This document shows positions 1-10,260 of a stretch of DNA of 64,000 nt, piece after piece. The first letter of the stretch is position 1, and the number at the start of each line of letters is the position of its first letter. Below the pieces are notes generated by a model that worked only from the letters and a program-made list of their open reading frames with translations, made no database searches and was not told the origin of the DNA. Origin of the DNA: a virus; the IMG/VR virus record IMGVR_UViG_3300009432_001268, positions 12,192 to 76,191 of that record. One strand, given 5' to 3'. The position numbers and the translations under genes were made by a program.

Positions 1-1315
1 GAAGCAGGTCTTGGTGTCCTGCGGCATCCCTTCCTTGAAAGCGGGTTTTGAGGGGGATGAGCTTGTGGGTTCCGAACCTAGGTCCATCTGTAGCGATCTC
101 GTCGAGAGTCTTTCGGCGGAAGATGGCCACAAACGTCGCAAACCACTGAAGCCTATCAGACAAGGAGATCGCAGAACTATCGTCAACTAAGGTGCCGGAG
201 TTGCGGTTGAAACTTTCGCCAGAACGGTTCATCTGCATGGCTGTTATGAGAGGCGCGTTTATTTCCTCAGACACCCTCTTTAGCTTGTCTATCTTTTCTC
301 CGATAGCTTGGTGCTCTGCCCAGTTTTTCCCGACCTTGTCGCCTGTCATTTTCACATAGTCATAGGCTATTACGCACTTGTTTCCTCTTCCTACATATTT
401 CATGTGCCACCGCCTAATTATAGCACATATTTCGTCGGTAGTTTTATTACGAACGTGATAATGATAATATTTATGCTTTTTAAGTTCGTGAAAATATCCC
501 CTGACCTTGTCAACCATCTCTTCGTCCGATCTCCACTTCCCTGTCTCTAGGAACCAAAGGGGGACTCCGGTTTTAGCTGCCGCCATCCTGAACTGGATTT
601 CGTCCGTGGTCATCTCCGTATCCAATACGAGAACAGGAACATCGTTTTTAATTGCTGTTCCTAAGCACAACTCATTGATAAATGTTGTTTTGCCTTGAGC
701 TGGTCTGGAAACTATCGCGTAAATGTTGCCACCTCGTAGCCCGCCAAAGAGGCGGTTAAATTCATCGTAAGTAGTAGAGAGCCCCGTATCGTCAGATGGG
801 TTATTGCCTCTTTCTTCGATCTTAAACTCTAAGTCGTCGAAAACGTTTTGAGGGTCATCTTCAAATGAATAACTAGAAATCTTTTCGCTGTAGATGGAAT
901 CAGTAGAGGCTATTATCTCATCTAAGCCTTCGTTAGAAGAGTTAGTTACGTGCTCCTTAATTCGGTCGGCTGTCTCGCTTAGTTCTCTTCTTATACGGAA
1001 CTTTAGAAGCTCTTTACAGGAGTCGATTACTGCATCATGCGTTATGGACGTATAACTTAACGTGTTAACATAATCGTAAATATCAATATCATCTTTAGAT
1101 GAGATGCCTAAGTTTGATATCTTAGTGGCTACTAGAACTTTATCTATTTTTTCACCGTTGAGAATAGCTTCCCTAAGGATGCAATAAATTGTCTGGTGAA
1201 TATCGTTATAAAAGTCCGCAGCATTAACGAAAGAATCTATCTCAGTTAATACTTCGGGGTGCTTAAGAAGTCCGCCTAAAACGTGACTCTCGACCTGATT
1301 AGAGTATATGGGCAT
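1..1315 (-). CDS. dnaB: Replicative DnaB-like helicase (3' end runs off the window)
   Basis: Hand translation from ATG at 1315: MPIYSNQVESHVLGGLL. Contains Walker A SRPAQGKTT, DTEMTTDEI, YDYVK and AMQMNR motifs. Missing from the ORF track because there is no stop inside the window. Confidence 0.92.
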   Translation of the reverse strand, partial: MPIYSNQVESHVLGGLLKHPEVLTEIDSFVNAADFYNDIHQTIYCILREAILNGEKIDKVLVATKISNLGISSKDDIDIYDYVNTLSYTSITHDAVIDSCKELLKFRIRRELSETADRIKEHVTNSSNEGLDEIIASTDSIYSEKISSYSFEDDPQNVFDDLEFKIEERGNNPSDDTGLSTTYDEFNRLFGGLRGGNIYAIVSRPAQGKTTFINELCLGTAIKNDVPVLVLDTEMTTDEIQFRMAAAKTGVPLWFLETGKWRSDEEMVDKVRGYFHELKKHKYYHYHVRNKTTDEICAIIRRWHMKYVGRGNKCVIAYDYVKMTGDKVGKNWAEHQAIGEKIDKLKRVSEEINAPLITAMQMNRSGESFNRNSGTLVDDSSAISLSDRLQWFATFVAIFRRKTLDEIATDGPRFGTHKLIPLKTRFQGRDAAGHQDLL

Positions 1316-1343
1316 TTATTCTATAGAAAATAGAAAATGTTGG

Positions 1344-2624
1344 TCACTTGTAGACTCGATCTACCTTAAAGAAATAATCAAAAAGCGTATCGGGCGCTTC
1401 TAACCCTCCGATTGCCGTATATACAGCTACGCCTTCTTTTGCTCCCGCATAAATTCCCCGATGAACCGTTGACTGAGTTCCCATCATTCGGCTTAGCTGC
1501 TCGAATCCGTGCTCTAAACTGGCTTGAGGAATCTTATCGAGAGAACCCTTGTCGCCAATAATAACGCACGCAGCCACGTTCCCTGTCGCGGCATCAACCC
1601 CTGCCAATATGTTTTTGCGTAGGTTGTCCCTAACAGCATAAGAAATCCCCGTATCGGTATAGTCCTTGACCGGAGTGGCTCCAAACATAATTAATCCGGA
1701 AGAGAAAATTGTATCCAGATCTGCTTTGTCGAAGGTCGTGTAGGCTGACTCTTTCGCCGATATCTTATTGAATAGATGAAAGATAGAACAAATGCTATTA
1801 TTTGCAGTGCCCCAAAACTGGTTAACGCTTAACTTCGGATAGAGCTGTTTGATTTTTTCATTATCAAGAATAATTAAAGGAGAAACTACTCCCGCCTTTT
1901 GCAGGCCTAAGGTTCTAGTCACTGTCTTTTTGGAATTTTCTTGGACCTTTATTCCTTCTCCTCTAGTTGGTAACGCCAAAATACAACCTACCTTTGCATC
2001 GGTGTCTTTTTTCTCTTTCCCTAAGGACTGACTAAGGTCATGACAGATATCTAACACCCTAGCCACACCTCCGGCTCCAGTCCCGCCTCCTGCACCCGCA
2101 CAAACTAAAACTCTTTCGTAAGATGTCCCAAAGGTCTTTTTTAGAAAATCCAGAATGTCTTCGTACCTAGTTCTGAAAACTTCATCTGCCGCTTCTGGGT
2201 TCTTTCCGGCTCCGCCTTCTCCAATAAGGAGCTTATTTTCTTCGGGTATTTTAATTAAAGACAGGTCCTGTTGAGCGGTATTGATAATCCCTACTCGACG
2301 ATACCCCAAGTTCCAAAAAGACTCGGCAAGCCTTGACCCCCCTTGACCAACTCCAACGATAGCAAAATTAAAGGCGGCGTCGTTAAACTCATCTTTAATT
2401 GAGTCTTCTAAGGGGTCATCATCTGGAAGGGGGATGTCGGGCAAATCTATACCTAAATCCATTACTTCGGTACGCACTTCCGCGGAGGCTGGCTCGGCAG
2501 AATCTGAAGCTTGACCGATAGGAGGTTCCGTAGGTAGTTCGGGAGCTTCTCCCGCCACTAAAGACGTAGGAACTTCCGTGGGGGCTTTCTCTGGGTAGTA
2601 TTCGTTTATGCTTGTATCACTCAT
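1344..2624 (-). CDS. Tubulin/FtsZ-family GTPase (PhuZ/TubZ-like) with acidic Pro-rich N-terminal extension
   Basis: GVGQGG, INTAQQD, GGAGKNP, signature GAGGGTGAG, DNEK, T7-loop-like FDKADL. Confidence 0.9.
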   Translation of the reverse strand: MSDTSINEYYPEKAPTEVPTSLVAGEAPELPTEPPIGQASDSAEPASAEVRTEVMDLGIDLPDIPLPDDDPLEDSIKDEFNDAAFNFAIVGVGQGGSRLAESFWNLGYRRVGIINTAQQDLSLIKIPEENKLLIGEGGAGKNPEAADEVFRTRYEDILDFLKKTFGTSYERVLVCAGAGGGTGAGGVARVLDICHDLSQSLGKEKKDTDAKVGCILALPTRGEGIKVQENSKKTVTRTLGLQKAGVVSPLIILDNEKIKQLYPKLSVNQFWGTANNSICSIFHLFNKISAKESAYTTFDKADLDTIFSSGLIMFGATPVKDYTDTGISYAVRDNLRKNILAGVDAATGNVAACVIIGDKGSLDKIPQASLEHGFEQLSRMMGTQSTVHRGIYAGAKEGVAVYTAIGGLEAPDTLFDYFFKVDRVYK

Positions 2625-2898
2625 TTTCGTCTAGTCCTTCTTCTTCATCTTCTCCAAATACATTATTTAAATTTTCATCGAAGCTCTTGGCATTCATGCC
2701 TTCCATCGCGTCAGACCAGTGACTTACGAGATATTGCAAAGACATAGCGTTTCTTTCGTCTTCTACTTTTGAATAGACTTGAGGGTTGCCCTCTTCGTCA
2801 AAATTAAAGAGCATGAAGCCCCCGCATGACCACTCACTTAGCTGGTCTAAGATGTTATCGGGAATTCTTTGCGTCTCACCTATTTTCATACAATTCAT
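2617..2898 (-). CDS. Hypothetical acidic protein
   Basis: 93 aa ORF overlapping the tubulin start, same operon direction. Confidence 0.65.
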   Translation of the reverse strand: MNCMKIGETQRIPDNILDQLSEWSCGGFMLFNFDEEGNPQVYSKVEDERNAMSLQYLVSHWSDAMEGMNAKSFDENLNNVFGEDEEEGLDENE

Positions 2899-2907
2899 TA
2901 CACTCTT

Positions 2908-3324
2908 TTATATATTTACCGAAAACTTCTCAAAAATGTATTCTCGCGACAGTGATGGTAAGTCCTCTGCCTTTATCTCAAGAACCTCAAAACCGTTATT
3001 TTCAAGCCAGATCATCTTGTGGTGATCTCTTTTTATCGATTTTAGGTAGTTGGCTCGAGAATTACCATGGAAGAACTTGTTAAATGAATCGTGCTGAGCA
3101 CCTTGCGCTTCAACTGCAATCCGTTTCGTCATATTTACAAAGTCTACTTTCATCCTCGTGCCGTAAACGGGAAACTCCTCGTAACAAATGTGTTTTTCCC
3201 AAAAAGGCCTGAAGAACTGCTTAACTTCGAATTGAAAGTTTGAGCGACATTCTTTATCCCAATCGGCTCGATACTTATGGACACTTTTGTATTTAAGTTT
3301 TCCTCCGATGTCATATAATTTCAC
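2908..3324 (-). CDS. PD-(D/E)xK endonuclease, DUF559/Vsr-like
   Basis: EEFPV...VDF...IAVEAQGAQH...RDxxK...NGFEVLEI pattern. Confidence 0.75.
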   Translation of the reverse strand: MKLYDIGGKLKYKSVHKYRADWDKECRSNFQFEVKQFFRPFWEKHICYEEFPVYGTRMKVDFVNMTKRIAVEAQGAQHDSFNKFFHGNSRANYLKSIKRDHHKMIWLENNGFEVLEIKAEDLPSLSREYIFEKFSVNI

Positions 3325-4409
3325 TATTTAACCTGTAGGGCTTTTTTAAATTTATTGAAAAGGTAATCGCGAACTTCGTGCGCCTCTTCTAAATACTTCC
3401 GGAAATTGTCCAATCCTTGGTGCTTTGCTTCTATTTCTAAGCCTTCTTTTCTAATCTCTTCCACCAAGCTGTCCCCCACGATGATCCAAGCGCCTTTGGT
3501 GGTCGCCATGTCCCACTGAATAAGCATGTCTATAATCTCATACTCTATCCATATACTCCTGCCTCCTGTTCGGCCGTATTTGATAGGGTAACGAACCTCT
3601 GTACCTGTTTTCTCGTTTGCTGACTTCCGGAATATAACCCTGCACCAGTGTCCGTCGCCATTATTTTCTTTTGGCGGGATTAAGTCTTTCGACCAGCGCG
3701 GCTGGAATTCGAGAATCCAGTCGGAGTAGTGTAGCAAAGCGTTTCCTCCCGAAGCGTTGGTGAGCTTGGGGTCGGTCTTCTCGTATTGATTTATGCTGAC
3801 CTTGCTCCTGACTTGCGAGATCATGAAGCAAATGTGACCCTTCGTGGAAAGCCCTAAAGCCATCTTCTTCAAAAAGTTAGAGCTTAGAACGGAACCGCCA
3901 GCCACCTTGTCTGAGTCTTCGAAAGAGCGATCCATGTCTTTCTTTGGAACCATCGCATCCATCGAGTCGACAATAAAAAAATATTTACATTCGGTGGGGT
4001 TGTTCGTTATCAAATCCCGCATTAGTTGCAAAACGCTCTCGAAAATATTACTTTTATAAACGAACCATTTTTCGGCGGTAGTATCGACTCCGGAGCGATC
4101 AATCATGTCCGACGAGAGCCTACCTTCGGACTTGATGTAAACGACCATAGAGTTCTCTACTGTCGTTTGGAAATTACGAGCAAAAGATAAAGCGCATGAA
4201 GTTTTACCCCCTTCGGATACTCCGGAGGCCCGGATAATAGAAGGTCTAATTCCTCCACCCATTTCAATATCCAACAACAAGCTTCCGCTGGAAACCGTGT
4301 AATCCGGCGTATTTTCAAAGTTATAGTGGTCCTGCTTGTTTTCTTTAAGGTAGCTCTGTATTTGCTCTACAGGGCTTAGTCCTTCAGTTGTTTTCTTTTT
4401 TGCTGCCAT
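3324..4409 (-). CDS. recA: RecA/UvsX-like recombinase
   Basis: SSGSLLLDIEMGGG, Walker A GVSEGGKT, Walker B IVDSM, ISQVR, SGGNALLHYS. Confidence 0.9.
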   Translation of the reverse strand: MAAKKKTTEGLSPVEQIQSYLKENKQDHYNFENTPDYTVSSGSLLLDIEMGGGIRPSIIRASGVSEGGKTSCALSFARNFQTTVENSMVVYIKSEGRLSSDMIDRSGVDTTAEKWFVYKSNIFESVLQLMRDLITNNPTECKYFFIVDSMDAMVPKKDMDRSFEDSDKVAGGSVLSSNFLKKMALGLSTKGHICFMISQVRSKVSINQYEKTDPKLTNASGGNALLHYSDWILEFQPRWSKDLIPPKENNGDGHWCRVIFRKSANEKTGTEVRYPIKYGRTGGRSIWIEYEIIDMLIQWDMATTKGAWIIVGDSLVEEIRKEGLEIEAKHQGLDNFRKYLEEAHEVRDYLFNKFKKALQVK

Positions 4410-4857
4410 AATTTAAAAAGTCTTTAATGTTTGTGGTTTTTTTGGACATCGACTTGTCGTCACCAATTTTGACGTCTGATACATTATGTCGAATTGGGGG
4501 TGGTAAGTCAAGACCAAATTTAGCGTACTCTACTTTAAGATACTCCCAGCCTTGCGGAGCAATGTACCAAGCCAAACTGTCAGCCTCGAATTTAGGAGGC
4601 AGCGCTGCCCAGAAAGCTCTCAAGGGGTACTTTTCAATTAACTTTTTGGTAAATTTTATTTCTCGAAAACGTGCATTCTGGTCTTTCCATATGGCCTTGG
4701 GGTTTTTAAGTAATTTATTTACTATTAAAGAATTTAATGGCTCCTCGAACTTCTTCCGCCCTTTCTTCAGGCAGAATGAAGAGCAAAACTTTTTTTTATG
4801 AGGAGAGAGAAAAGGTTTGTGGCAATGCTCGCAATCAAATCTTTTAGGTTTCGCCAT
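4384..4857 (-). CDS. Hypothetical protein with N-terminal CxxC...CSxxC zinc finger
   Basis: CEHC...FCSSFC; overlaps recA start. Confidence 0.6.
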   Translation of the reverse strand: MAKPKRFDCEHCHKPFLSPHKKKFCSSFCLKKGRKKFEEPLNSLIVNKLLKNPKAIWKDQNARFREIKFTKKLIEKYPLRAFWAALPPKFEADSLAWYIAPQGWEYLKVEYAKFGLDLPPPIRHNVSDVKIGDDKSMSKKTTNIKDFLNYGSKKENN

Positions 4858-4865
4858 CGGCCCCT

Positions 4866-4894
4866 ACCTTATTGTGTTCGGGGTTGCATGTCAA
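4866..4894 (-). promoter_or_regulatory. Sigma70-like promoter, TTGACA-N5-CCCCG class
   Basis: TTGACA TGCAACCCCGAACACAA TAAGGT (17 nt spacer), 8 nt upstream of the ATG at 4857. Confidence 0.6.
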
Positions 4895-4967
4895 GAACGG
4901 ATTTTTCTAAAGAGGGCCCTTATTTTATTTTTTACTAGTATTTTTGAAAAACCTTGAGGGAGTAGGC

Positions 4968-6020
4968 TCAGGGGGAAAAAGCCCGTTTTTTTGCAATTTC
5001 AAGGTCATTATTTACCATCCTTTTCACCAAATCTTGGAAAGAAAACTTGGGTTTCCACCCAAGTTCCTCTCGGATGGGGTTGGAGTCACCGTAGAGTAGG
5101 TCAACTTCAGCGGGGCGATAAAACTCCTCATTAATCTCCGCTAAAATTTTATTTTCTTGAAAAACTCTAAATTTTTCATCTCTGCCTTCACCGCTCCATA
5201 AGCCCGCTATTCCCGCTTCTTGAAAAGCTAAGGAAACAAATTCTTTTACACTATGAGTTTCGTTGCTGGATAATACGTATTCCTTTGGTTCTTTTTGGTT
5301 GAGCATCAGCCAAACAGCCCTAACAAAATCCTCCGAGTCAGACCAATCTCGTCTTGAATTTATGTTTCCGAGCTGAAGTGGCGTGAAGTCTTCGCCCGTA
5401 TCCAAAGCGTATTTAATTTGGGCGACCCCTTTAGTAATCTTTCTGGTGACGAACTCTTCTCCACGGCGAAGCCCTTCGTGATTAAAGAGGATACTGTGGA
5501 TAGCGAACATATCGTAAGATTCCCTGTAAACTTTCACCAAGTGGCGTGAGGCCGCTTTTGAGGCTCCGTATGGGCTTCTAGCTTTGATCGGGTGGTTAAT
5601 GTCCTGAGGGCTGTAGTCTACGTCCCCAAATTCTTCAGAGCTTCCGGCGCTGTAAAAGCGACACTCGGGCTTAAACTTCCTTATGGCCTCCAAGGATCGG
5701 ATTACCCCCAAGGTGTTAACATCAAAAACCTGCAGGGGCATATCCCAACTACATCCCACGAAGGAATTGGCCCCAAAATTAATAAAATAATCGGGTTGAG
5801 TTTCTTTCACGACCTTGTCGATCGAAACATCGTCAGTTAAGTCGCCGTAAACCAAGCTGAAGCTGGGGTGATTTTCAAAAGCTTCAATATTGCTTTTATT
5901 GACATTGGAGGTTCGACGCATCATTCCTACTATCTCCATGTTGCCTTCGAGCGACAATAGGTATTCGGCCATGTTAGCTCCATCTTGACCGAGGATTCCT
6001 GTTATTAGTACTTTTTTCAT
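4968..6020 (-). CDS. gmd: GDP-mannose 4,6-dehydratase
   Basis: LITGILGQDG, GDLTD, SFVGCSW, SSEEFG, RSPYGASK, LFNHE, FVTRKIT, RDW, YRPAEVDLL. Confidence 0.95.
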   Translation of the reverse strand: MKKVLITGILGQDGANMAEYLLSLEGNMEIVGMMRRTSNVNKSNIEAFENHPSFSLVYGDLTDDVSIDKVVKETQPDYFINFGANSFVGCSWDMPLQVFDVNTLGVIRSLEAIRKFKPECRFYSAGSSEEFGDVDYSPQDINHPIKARSPYGASKAASRHLVKVYRESYDMFAIHSILFNHEGLRRGEEFVTRKITKGVAQIKYALDTGEDFTPLQLGNINSRRDWSDSEDFVRAVWLMLNQKEPKEYVLSSNETHSVKEFVSLAFQEAGIAGLWSGEGRDEKFRVFQENKILAEINEEFYRPAEVDLLYGDSNPIREELGWKPKFSFQDLVKRMVNNDLEIAKKRAFSP

Positions 6021-6670
6021 GTTTTTAATTTTGCTGTAATAACCTTGTCGTGTAAGGAGATTATATTGTGGGTTTCGGAAATAAAAGCTACCATCTTATG
6101 AAATTTTGCTTCTTCACCATGAATTTCCATGCAAATAAATTTGAAAATAGAGATGTCTTGGTTTAGCAAAAAATCATGTTCCGCCCCTTCAACATCGCAC
6201 TTTAACAATTGTATAGGAATCTTGCAGGACTCACAAAAATATTTTTTCCTTACGTCTTCCACTGAAATAGTAGGTACATCAGCTATCTTGTCTTTTTCTA
6301 TATGGCTGTGGGAGAGGTATATAGAGCAATCTCCGGAACGTTTATCTGTGTGGTCATAAATAGGAACGGTCATGCCCCCTGTTTTGTAGCAGGCTTTGTT
6401 CTCTACGGAATAAAAATCTCTTAAATCATAGCCAGAAGGGGGAGCGTTGAGGTTATAAAAATCAAGTGCTTCCTTCATTAATTTTATATTTTTGGGGTTC
6501 GCTTCATAACAAACATATTTATCAAACCTGCAATTAAAAACCAAAGGAAACGCTCCTACGTTACTACCACAATCTATTACGACGCCTCCTTTACAATCAG
6601 CGGGGAGGCCGTAACTCTGGCTTACTTCGGAAGTTATAAACTCAAGCCAATCTTTGTCTTTTTGTTCCAT
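6017..6670 (-). CDS. FkbM-family methyltransferase
   Basis: VIDCGSNVGAF, YEANP, LLKCDVEGAE, MEIH; start placed at MEQKDK. Confidence 0.82.
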   Translation of the reverse strand: MEQKDKDWLEFITSEVSQSYGLPADCKGGVVIDCGSNVGAFPLVFNCRFDKYVCYEANPKNIKLMKEALDFYNLNAPPSGYDLRDFYSVENKACYKTGGMTVPIYDHTDKRSGDCSIYLSHSHIEKDKIADVPTISVEDVRKKYFCESCKIPIQLLKCDVEGAEHDFLLNQDISIFKFICMEIHGEEAKFHKMVAFISETHNIISLHDKVITAKLKT

Positions 6671-7086
6671 ATATCTGTGTAGTCTGTACAAACCGCAAAA
6701 CAATCATATTTGTTTCCCCAATCAGCATCTTTATGTACGATAACTGACTTGTCTACGACTTCCTCGCCGGGAAACGTCCAGATATATCCCTTCGAGGTTA
6801 CTGTGAATTTGTCAGTTTCGTGCCAAAAGCAATGTAGGTTATTGTGAAGCATGCTCTCCAAGGCTTCTAAGTTTTTGGCGTGGCACCACAACTTATCATT
6901 TTTTAAAAACTCTACTCCTATTTCGTATCTGGGCTCATCGTGACCGAGAAAGAACTTGCCGTTAATTTTCCATACATCTATTTCGCAGTCAAGCCCGGAG
7001 CTTAGGACTTTCGTCACCTGCTCCGGAACGTTTTCAATATCTTCGTCGGGCCCTCGTAAATTTCCCCTGTGAGATATCGTTGTCAT
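6634..7086 (-). CDS. PLC-like/glycerophosphodiesterase-fold protein
   Basis: ISHRGN, EN, CEIDVW, LGHD, WCHAKN, VCTDY. Confidence 0.6.
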   Translation of the reverse strand: MTTISHRGNLRGPDEDIENVPEQVTKVLSSGLDCEIDVWKINGKFFLGHDEPRYEIGVEFLKNDKLWCHAKNLEALESMLHNNLHCFWHETDKFTVTSKGYIWTFPGEEVVDKSVIVHKDADWGNKYDCFAVCTDYTDIWNKKTKIGLSL

Positions 7087-8444
7087 TTATTATAGTTCTC
7101 AATATAACACCTTAGATCTTCGGGGGTTCCTAGTCCCCACATTTTATCTATATTGAATATTGCTACTTGTTTATTGTCGTCTACCGCTTCGTTAAAAACA
7201 GGGCAAACATAGAATTCGTTGTTGGTTCTAATATTTTTTTCTATCATTTGTTCGGCGTATTTGACGTATTCACTACCCTTCTTCCAGTAATATATACCAA
7301 CAGTCGCGCAGTCGGATATCGGTTTCTTTTCCGCGACCTCCGTTACCCTCCCTTGTTCGTTTACTTTTGCGTAAGACCATTTGGGATGAGTTGAGGTGAA
7401 GGTTAGGATGCCTCCATCTAGATCCTGCTCTTGCATCTTGTATAAAAATTTGCTCGAAGACCATTCAACAAATTGGTCAGAGTTTGCCATTAGTAGGGGC
7501 TTATCATTGTTTATATATTCCTTAGCGAGTAGCGTGGTGCAAGCCGCTCCCTCCGTCATGGTGTCAACTTCTACGATGGTGCAGTTGGGAGCTATTAAGT
7601 TCAAGACCGAGTCAAGGTTGTATTTCTCCTTGTGTTTTTTCTGCACGATGAATATGTAATTCGCTTCTACCCCCAGATTGTCCACGACAGTTTGGATCAT
7701 GGGCTTTCCGTTAACTTCTATTAAGGGTTTTGGAAAAACGTATCCCGCTTTTTCAAAGCGACTACCTGCTCCAGCCATGGGGATCAAAACGTTGAGGTTC
7801 TCGTCTTTCCACTTAGGGTTAGTTGTTTCTTCTGTAGTCATACAGTTTATTATTTTAGATAATGTTAAATCTGAGGAATCCTTAACCCGACAAACTTTTG
7901 CGCCGCTTCTTTGCGCCGCTAAAAGACCGTTGGGAGAGTCCTCAATTATTATAGTGTCTTCCGGGTCAGTTTTCAAAGCGGACATCGCTTTCCAGTACAT
8001 CTCCGGATGGGGTTTGGGATTTTTAACATCTTCATTTGATGCTAAATAATCAAAATAAGAAATAATGTTCAGTTTAGAGAGTATTTTGTAAACTGTTTTT
8101 CTTATTGCGTTGGAGCAGCAAGCGATCAGGAAATTTTCTTCCTCTAGGTGTTTGAATATCTGAATCAGTTTTTCGTTTTCTACAATTTTGTCTAACTCGT
8201 TGTTTGTTATTTGCTGTTTTCGCGTCCAAATTCTTTCGTGCTTTGATGTAGGGAGATTCTTTGCCTCAGATAACATCTTAAGTTTTTCTTTAGTACTTAA
8301 CCCGTCGTAGGTAGATATATGTTCCGATTCCGTAATGACATAGCCCTCCCCCTCTTCTCTTAAGGCCTTGTTCAAGGCTTCGTAGTGAGTGTCCTTCGTG
8401 TCAATGAGAACCCCGTCAAGGTCGAATATAATTAGTTTTTTCAA
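7083..8444 (-). CDS. HAD phosphatase fused to sugar-phosphate nucleotidyltransferase
   Basis: N-half FDLDGVL, KPHPE, IEDS; C-half IPMAGAGSRF, PKPLI, EKKPIS, NEFYV, GLGTPEDL. Confidence 0.88.
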   Translation of the reverse strand: MKKLIIFDLDGVLIDTKDTHYEALNKALREEGEGYVITESEHISTYDGLSTKEKLKMLSEAKNLPTSKHERIWTRKQQITNNELDKIVENEKLIQIFKHLEEENFLIACCSNAIRKTVYKILSKLNIISYFDYLASNEDVKNPKPHPEMYWKAMSALKTDPEDTIIIEDSPNGLLAAQRSGAKVCRVKDSSDLTLSKIINCMTTEETTNPKWKDENLNVLIPMAGAGSRFEKAGYVFPKPLIEVNGKPMIQTVVDNLGVEANYIFIVQKKHKEKYNLDSVLNLIAPNCTIVEVDTMTEGAACTTLLAKEYINNDKPLLMANSDQFVEWSSSKFLYKMQEQDLDGGILTFTSTHPKWSYAKVNEQGRVTEVAEKKPISDCATVGIYYWKKGSEYVKYAEQMIEKNIRTNNEFYVCPVFNEAVDDNKQVAIFNIDKMWGLGTPEDLRCYIENYNK

Positions 8445-9160
8445 GCTGTGCCTCTTTCGTTAAAATCGATTCCATACTCACCACAAAGTGTCTTTATTTC
8501 AGTTGGGTATTCATTATAGGTCCATTTCCCTTTGTAAATCATGTTACCGTGAGGGTAAGCCACTGACTCCCAGTGGGCCAAGCCTCTTTTCCTCTCCTCT
8601 TCAAATGAAGACATGTAACATTTGTTATGAACAAAATTAGTAAAAATAGAATATATTTTAGATTCAAAGTCCCAAATATTAGTTGGGGCGCAAGAACTGA
8701 ACACGTCTAAAAGTTTGGATGCTTTACATAGGGTCGGTTGGATAGTAAAGGAGTATTGCTTAGGGCATGGGGAAAGGTCGGGGTGAACATCGGAAACTGG
8801 AAAGTCAAAATCTCCCGGTGTATCCATACATTTTAACAGTTTTATAAAATCCGCTTTGTCGTTTTTAATTAAATCGCAATATTCCTCTAAGGTATTATAT
8901 AGCGGGGTGTCGTAAAGAATCATGTCCTCGTGAGTGAAGAGTATTATTTCATCTCCCAATGGTAATAGGGCGTTCTTTATCCGGCTTGAGTACTCCAACT
9001 TTTGATCATAGTATGATGTTTCGTACGGTGTCAAAAAGTCATCTTCGCAATTGGCTAATACTTTTTTAGAATGCTTCGGGAAGTACTTATCCAACCGCCC
9101 AAAAAAAGCAGGCCATATATCTTTGCAATCAGTGTGGGTGTGTATAAAAAAGCTAAACAT
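8441..9160 (-). CDS. Hypothetical protein, possible glycosyltransferase
   Basis: 239 aa ORF inside the sugar cluster; HEDMIL DxD-like motif, WDFE. Confidence 0.5.
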   Translation of the reverse strand: MFSFFIHTHTDCKDIWPAFFGRLDKYFPKHSKKVLANCEDDFLTPYETSYYDQKLEYSSRIKNALLPLGDEIILFTHEDMILYDTPLYNTLEEYCDLIKNDKADFIKLLKCMDTPGDFDFPVSDVHPDLSPCPKQYSFTIQPTLCKASKLLDVFSSCAPTNIWDFESKIYSIFTNFVHNKCYMSSFEEERKRGLAHWESVAYPHGNMIYKGKWTYNEYPTEIKTLCGEYGIDFNERGTA

Positions 9161-9174
9161 TACTATTAGTTTTG

Positions 9175-10260
9175 TTAAGTTAAAAAAGATACTCCGCTAT
9201 TGATGTTATTAAGCTGTTGCTTTATCTCTTCCGAGTAGGGTCCCATCTCGCACAGTACTATAGGGTTTTCGTCTCCCTCTATTACTGATAAAGGCTCAAT
9301 CATTAAATCAGTGCCATAAAGTTTTTTTCCGTGCTTGTCTTTTGCGTTGTCAAGAATAGATACTACCATCTTTGGGTCTAATTTCAATGAAATTAGAAGT
9401 TGGGCGGGAAAATGGGCTCCGTACAGATAAAACTTTTGGGAAAGTTTATTGAGTTTTTTCACAATATTTTTGTAGTGGCCCAAGGTGTTAGTCAGGTCTT
9501 GAGTCAGGTTATTTGACTTGGATTTCTTTATTTCAAAAAAAACTGAATGATTTTTAAAATTTAAGACTTGCTCGACTTGGAATCCGCTTTTATCGAAAAG
9601 AAGAAAAGCCCTATTTTTATCGCAAAAAAAAGTGTGTTCAAAATGTAGCCCCAATGGTGGCATTAATTTATTTTTGTTTATGTATTCAAAATTAGGGATA
9701 GAGATAAAAATAGAACCATTGTCTTTCAAGCATTTCCTTAGCTCTTTTAGCGTATCGACTGGTTCGTACAGGTGTTCAAAAACATGAGACATTATGATAG
9801 TGTCTACTTTTTTGTTTTTAAAATGTTTTGAAAACCCTTCTCCCACGAAGCCGTCAATGTAAGTAACGTTTTTAGGTAAAGTCAAAGATGGGTCAATGTT
9901 TGGTTGGGCCACGGTCCAGCTTTTCGATTTAAGTAAAACTTTTTTTAATTTAAAAGACGGATCTCCTATCTCTAAGGCGTTATTTGGCTCGACAGAAGAT
10001 AGTATAAAATCTGCAAATTTTAAATAATGACCCTTCCATAAAGGACCAACTATGCTTATGTTATGGTTTTCATCATATATTTTTTCCAACCCCACTAAAT
10101 TTAGAAGCTGTATTCCTTTACATTTTTGGCACACTCCATAAACTAAGTCCTCAAAAGAAAATTTTTCTTTGTTTGTCGCCCCCATATAGATTGGAAATTG
10201 GGGGATACTCTCTATGAGGTCTAAAGACCCACTACCGCAAAAAACACAAATACTTCTCAT
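9175..10260 (-). CDS. Class I SAM-dependent methyltransferase (sugar C-methyltransferase-like architecture)
   Basis: N-terminal CxxC...CxxC, LEIG, SHVFEH, ISIPN, HFEH, LYGA, DNAKDKHG. Confidence 0.8.
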   Translation of the reverse strand: MRSICVFCGSGSLDLIESIPQFPIYMGATNKEKFSFEDLVYGVCQKCKGIQLLNLVGLEKIYDENHNISIVGPLWKGHYLKFADFILSSVEPNNALEIGDPSFKLKKVLLKSKSWTVAQPNIDPSLTLPKNVTYIDGFVGEGFSKHFKNKKVDTIIMSHVFEHLYEPVDTLKELRKCLKDNGSIFISIPNFEYINKNKLMPPLGLHFEHTFFCDKNRAFLLFDKSGFQVEQVLNFKNHSVFFEIKKSKSNNLTQDLTNTLGHYKNIVKKLNKLSQKFYLYGAHFPAQLLISLKLDPKMVVSILDNAKDKHGKKLYGTDLMIEPLSVIEGDENPIVLCEMGPYSEEIKQQLNNINSGVSFLT

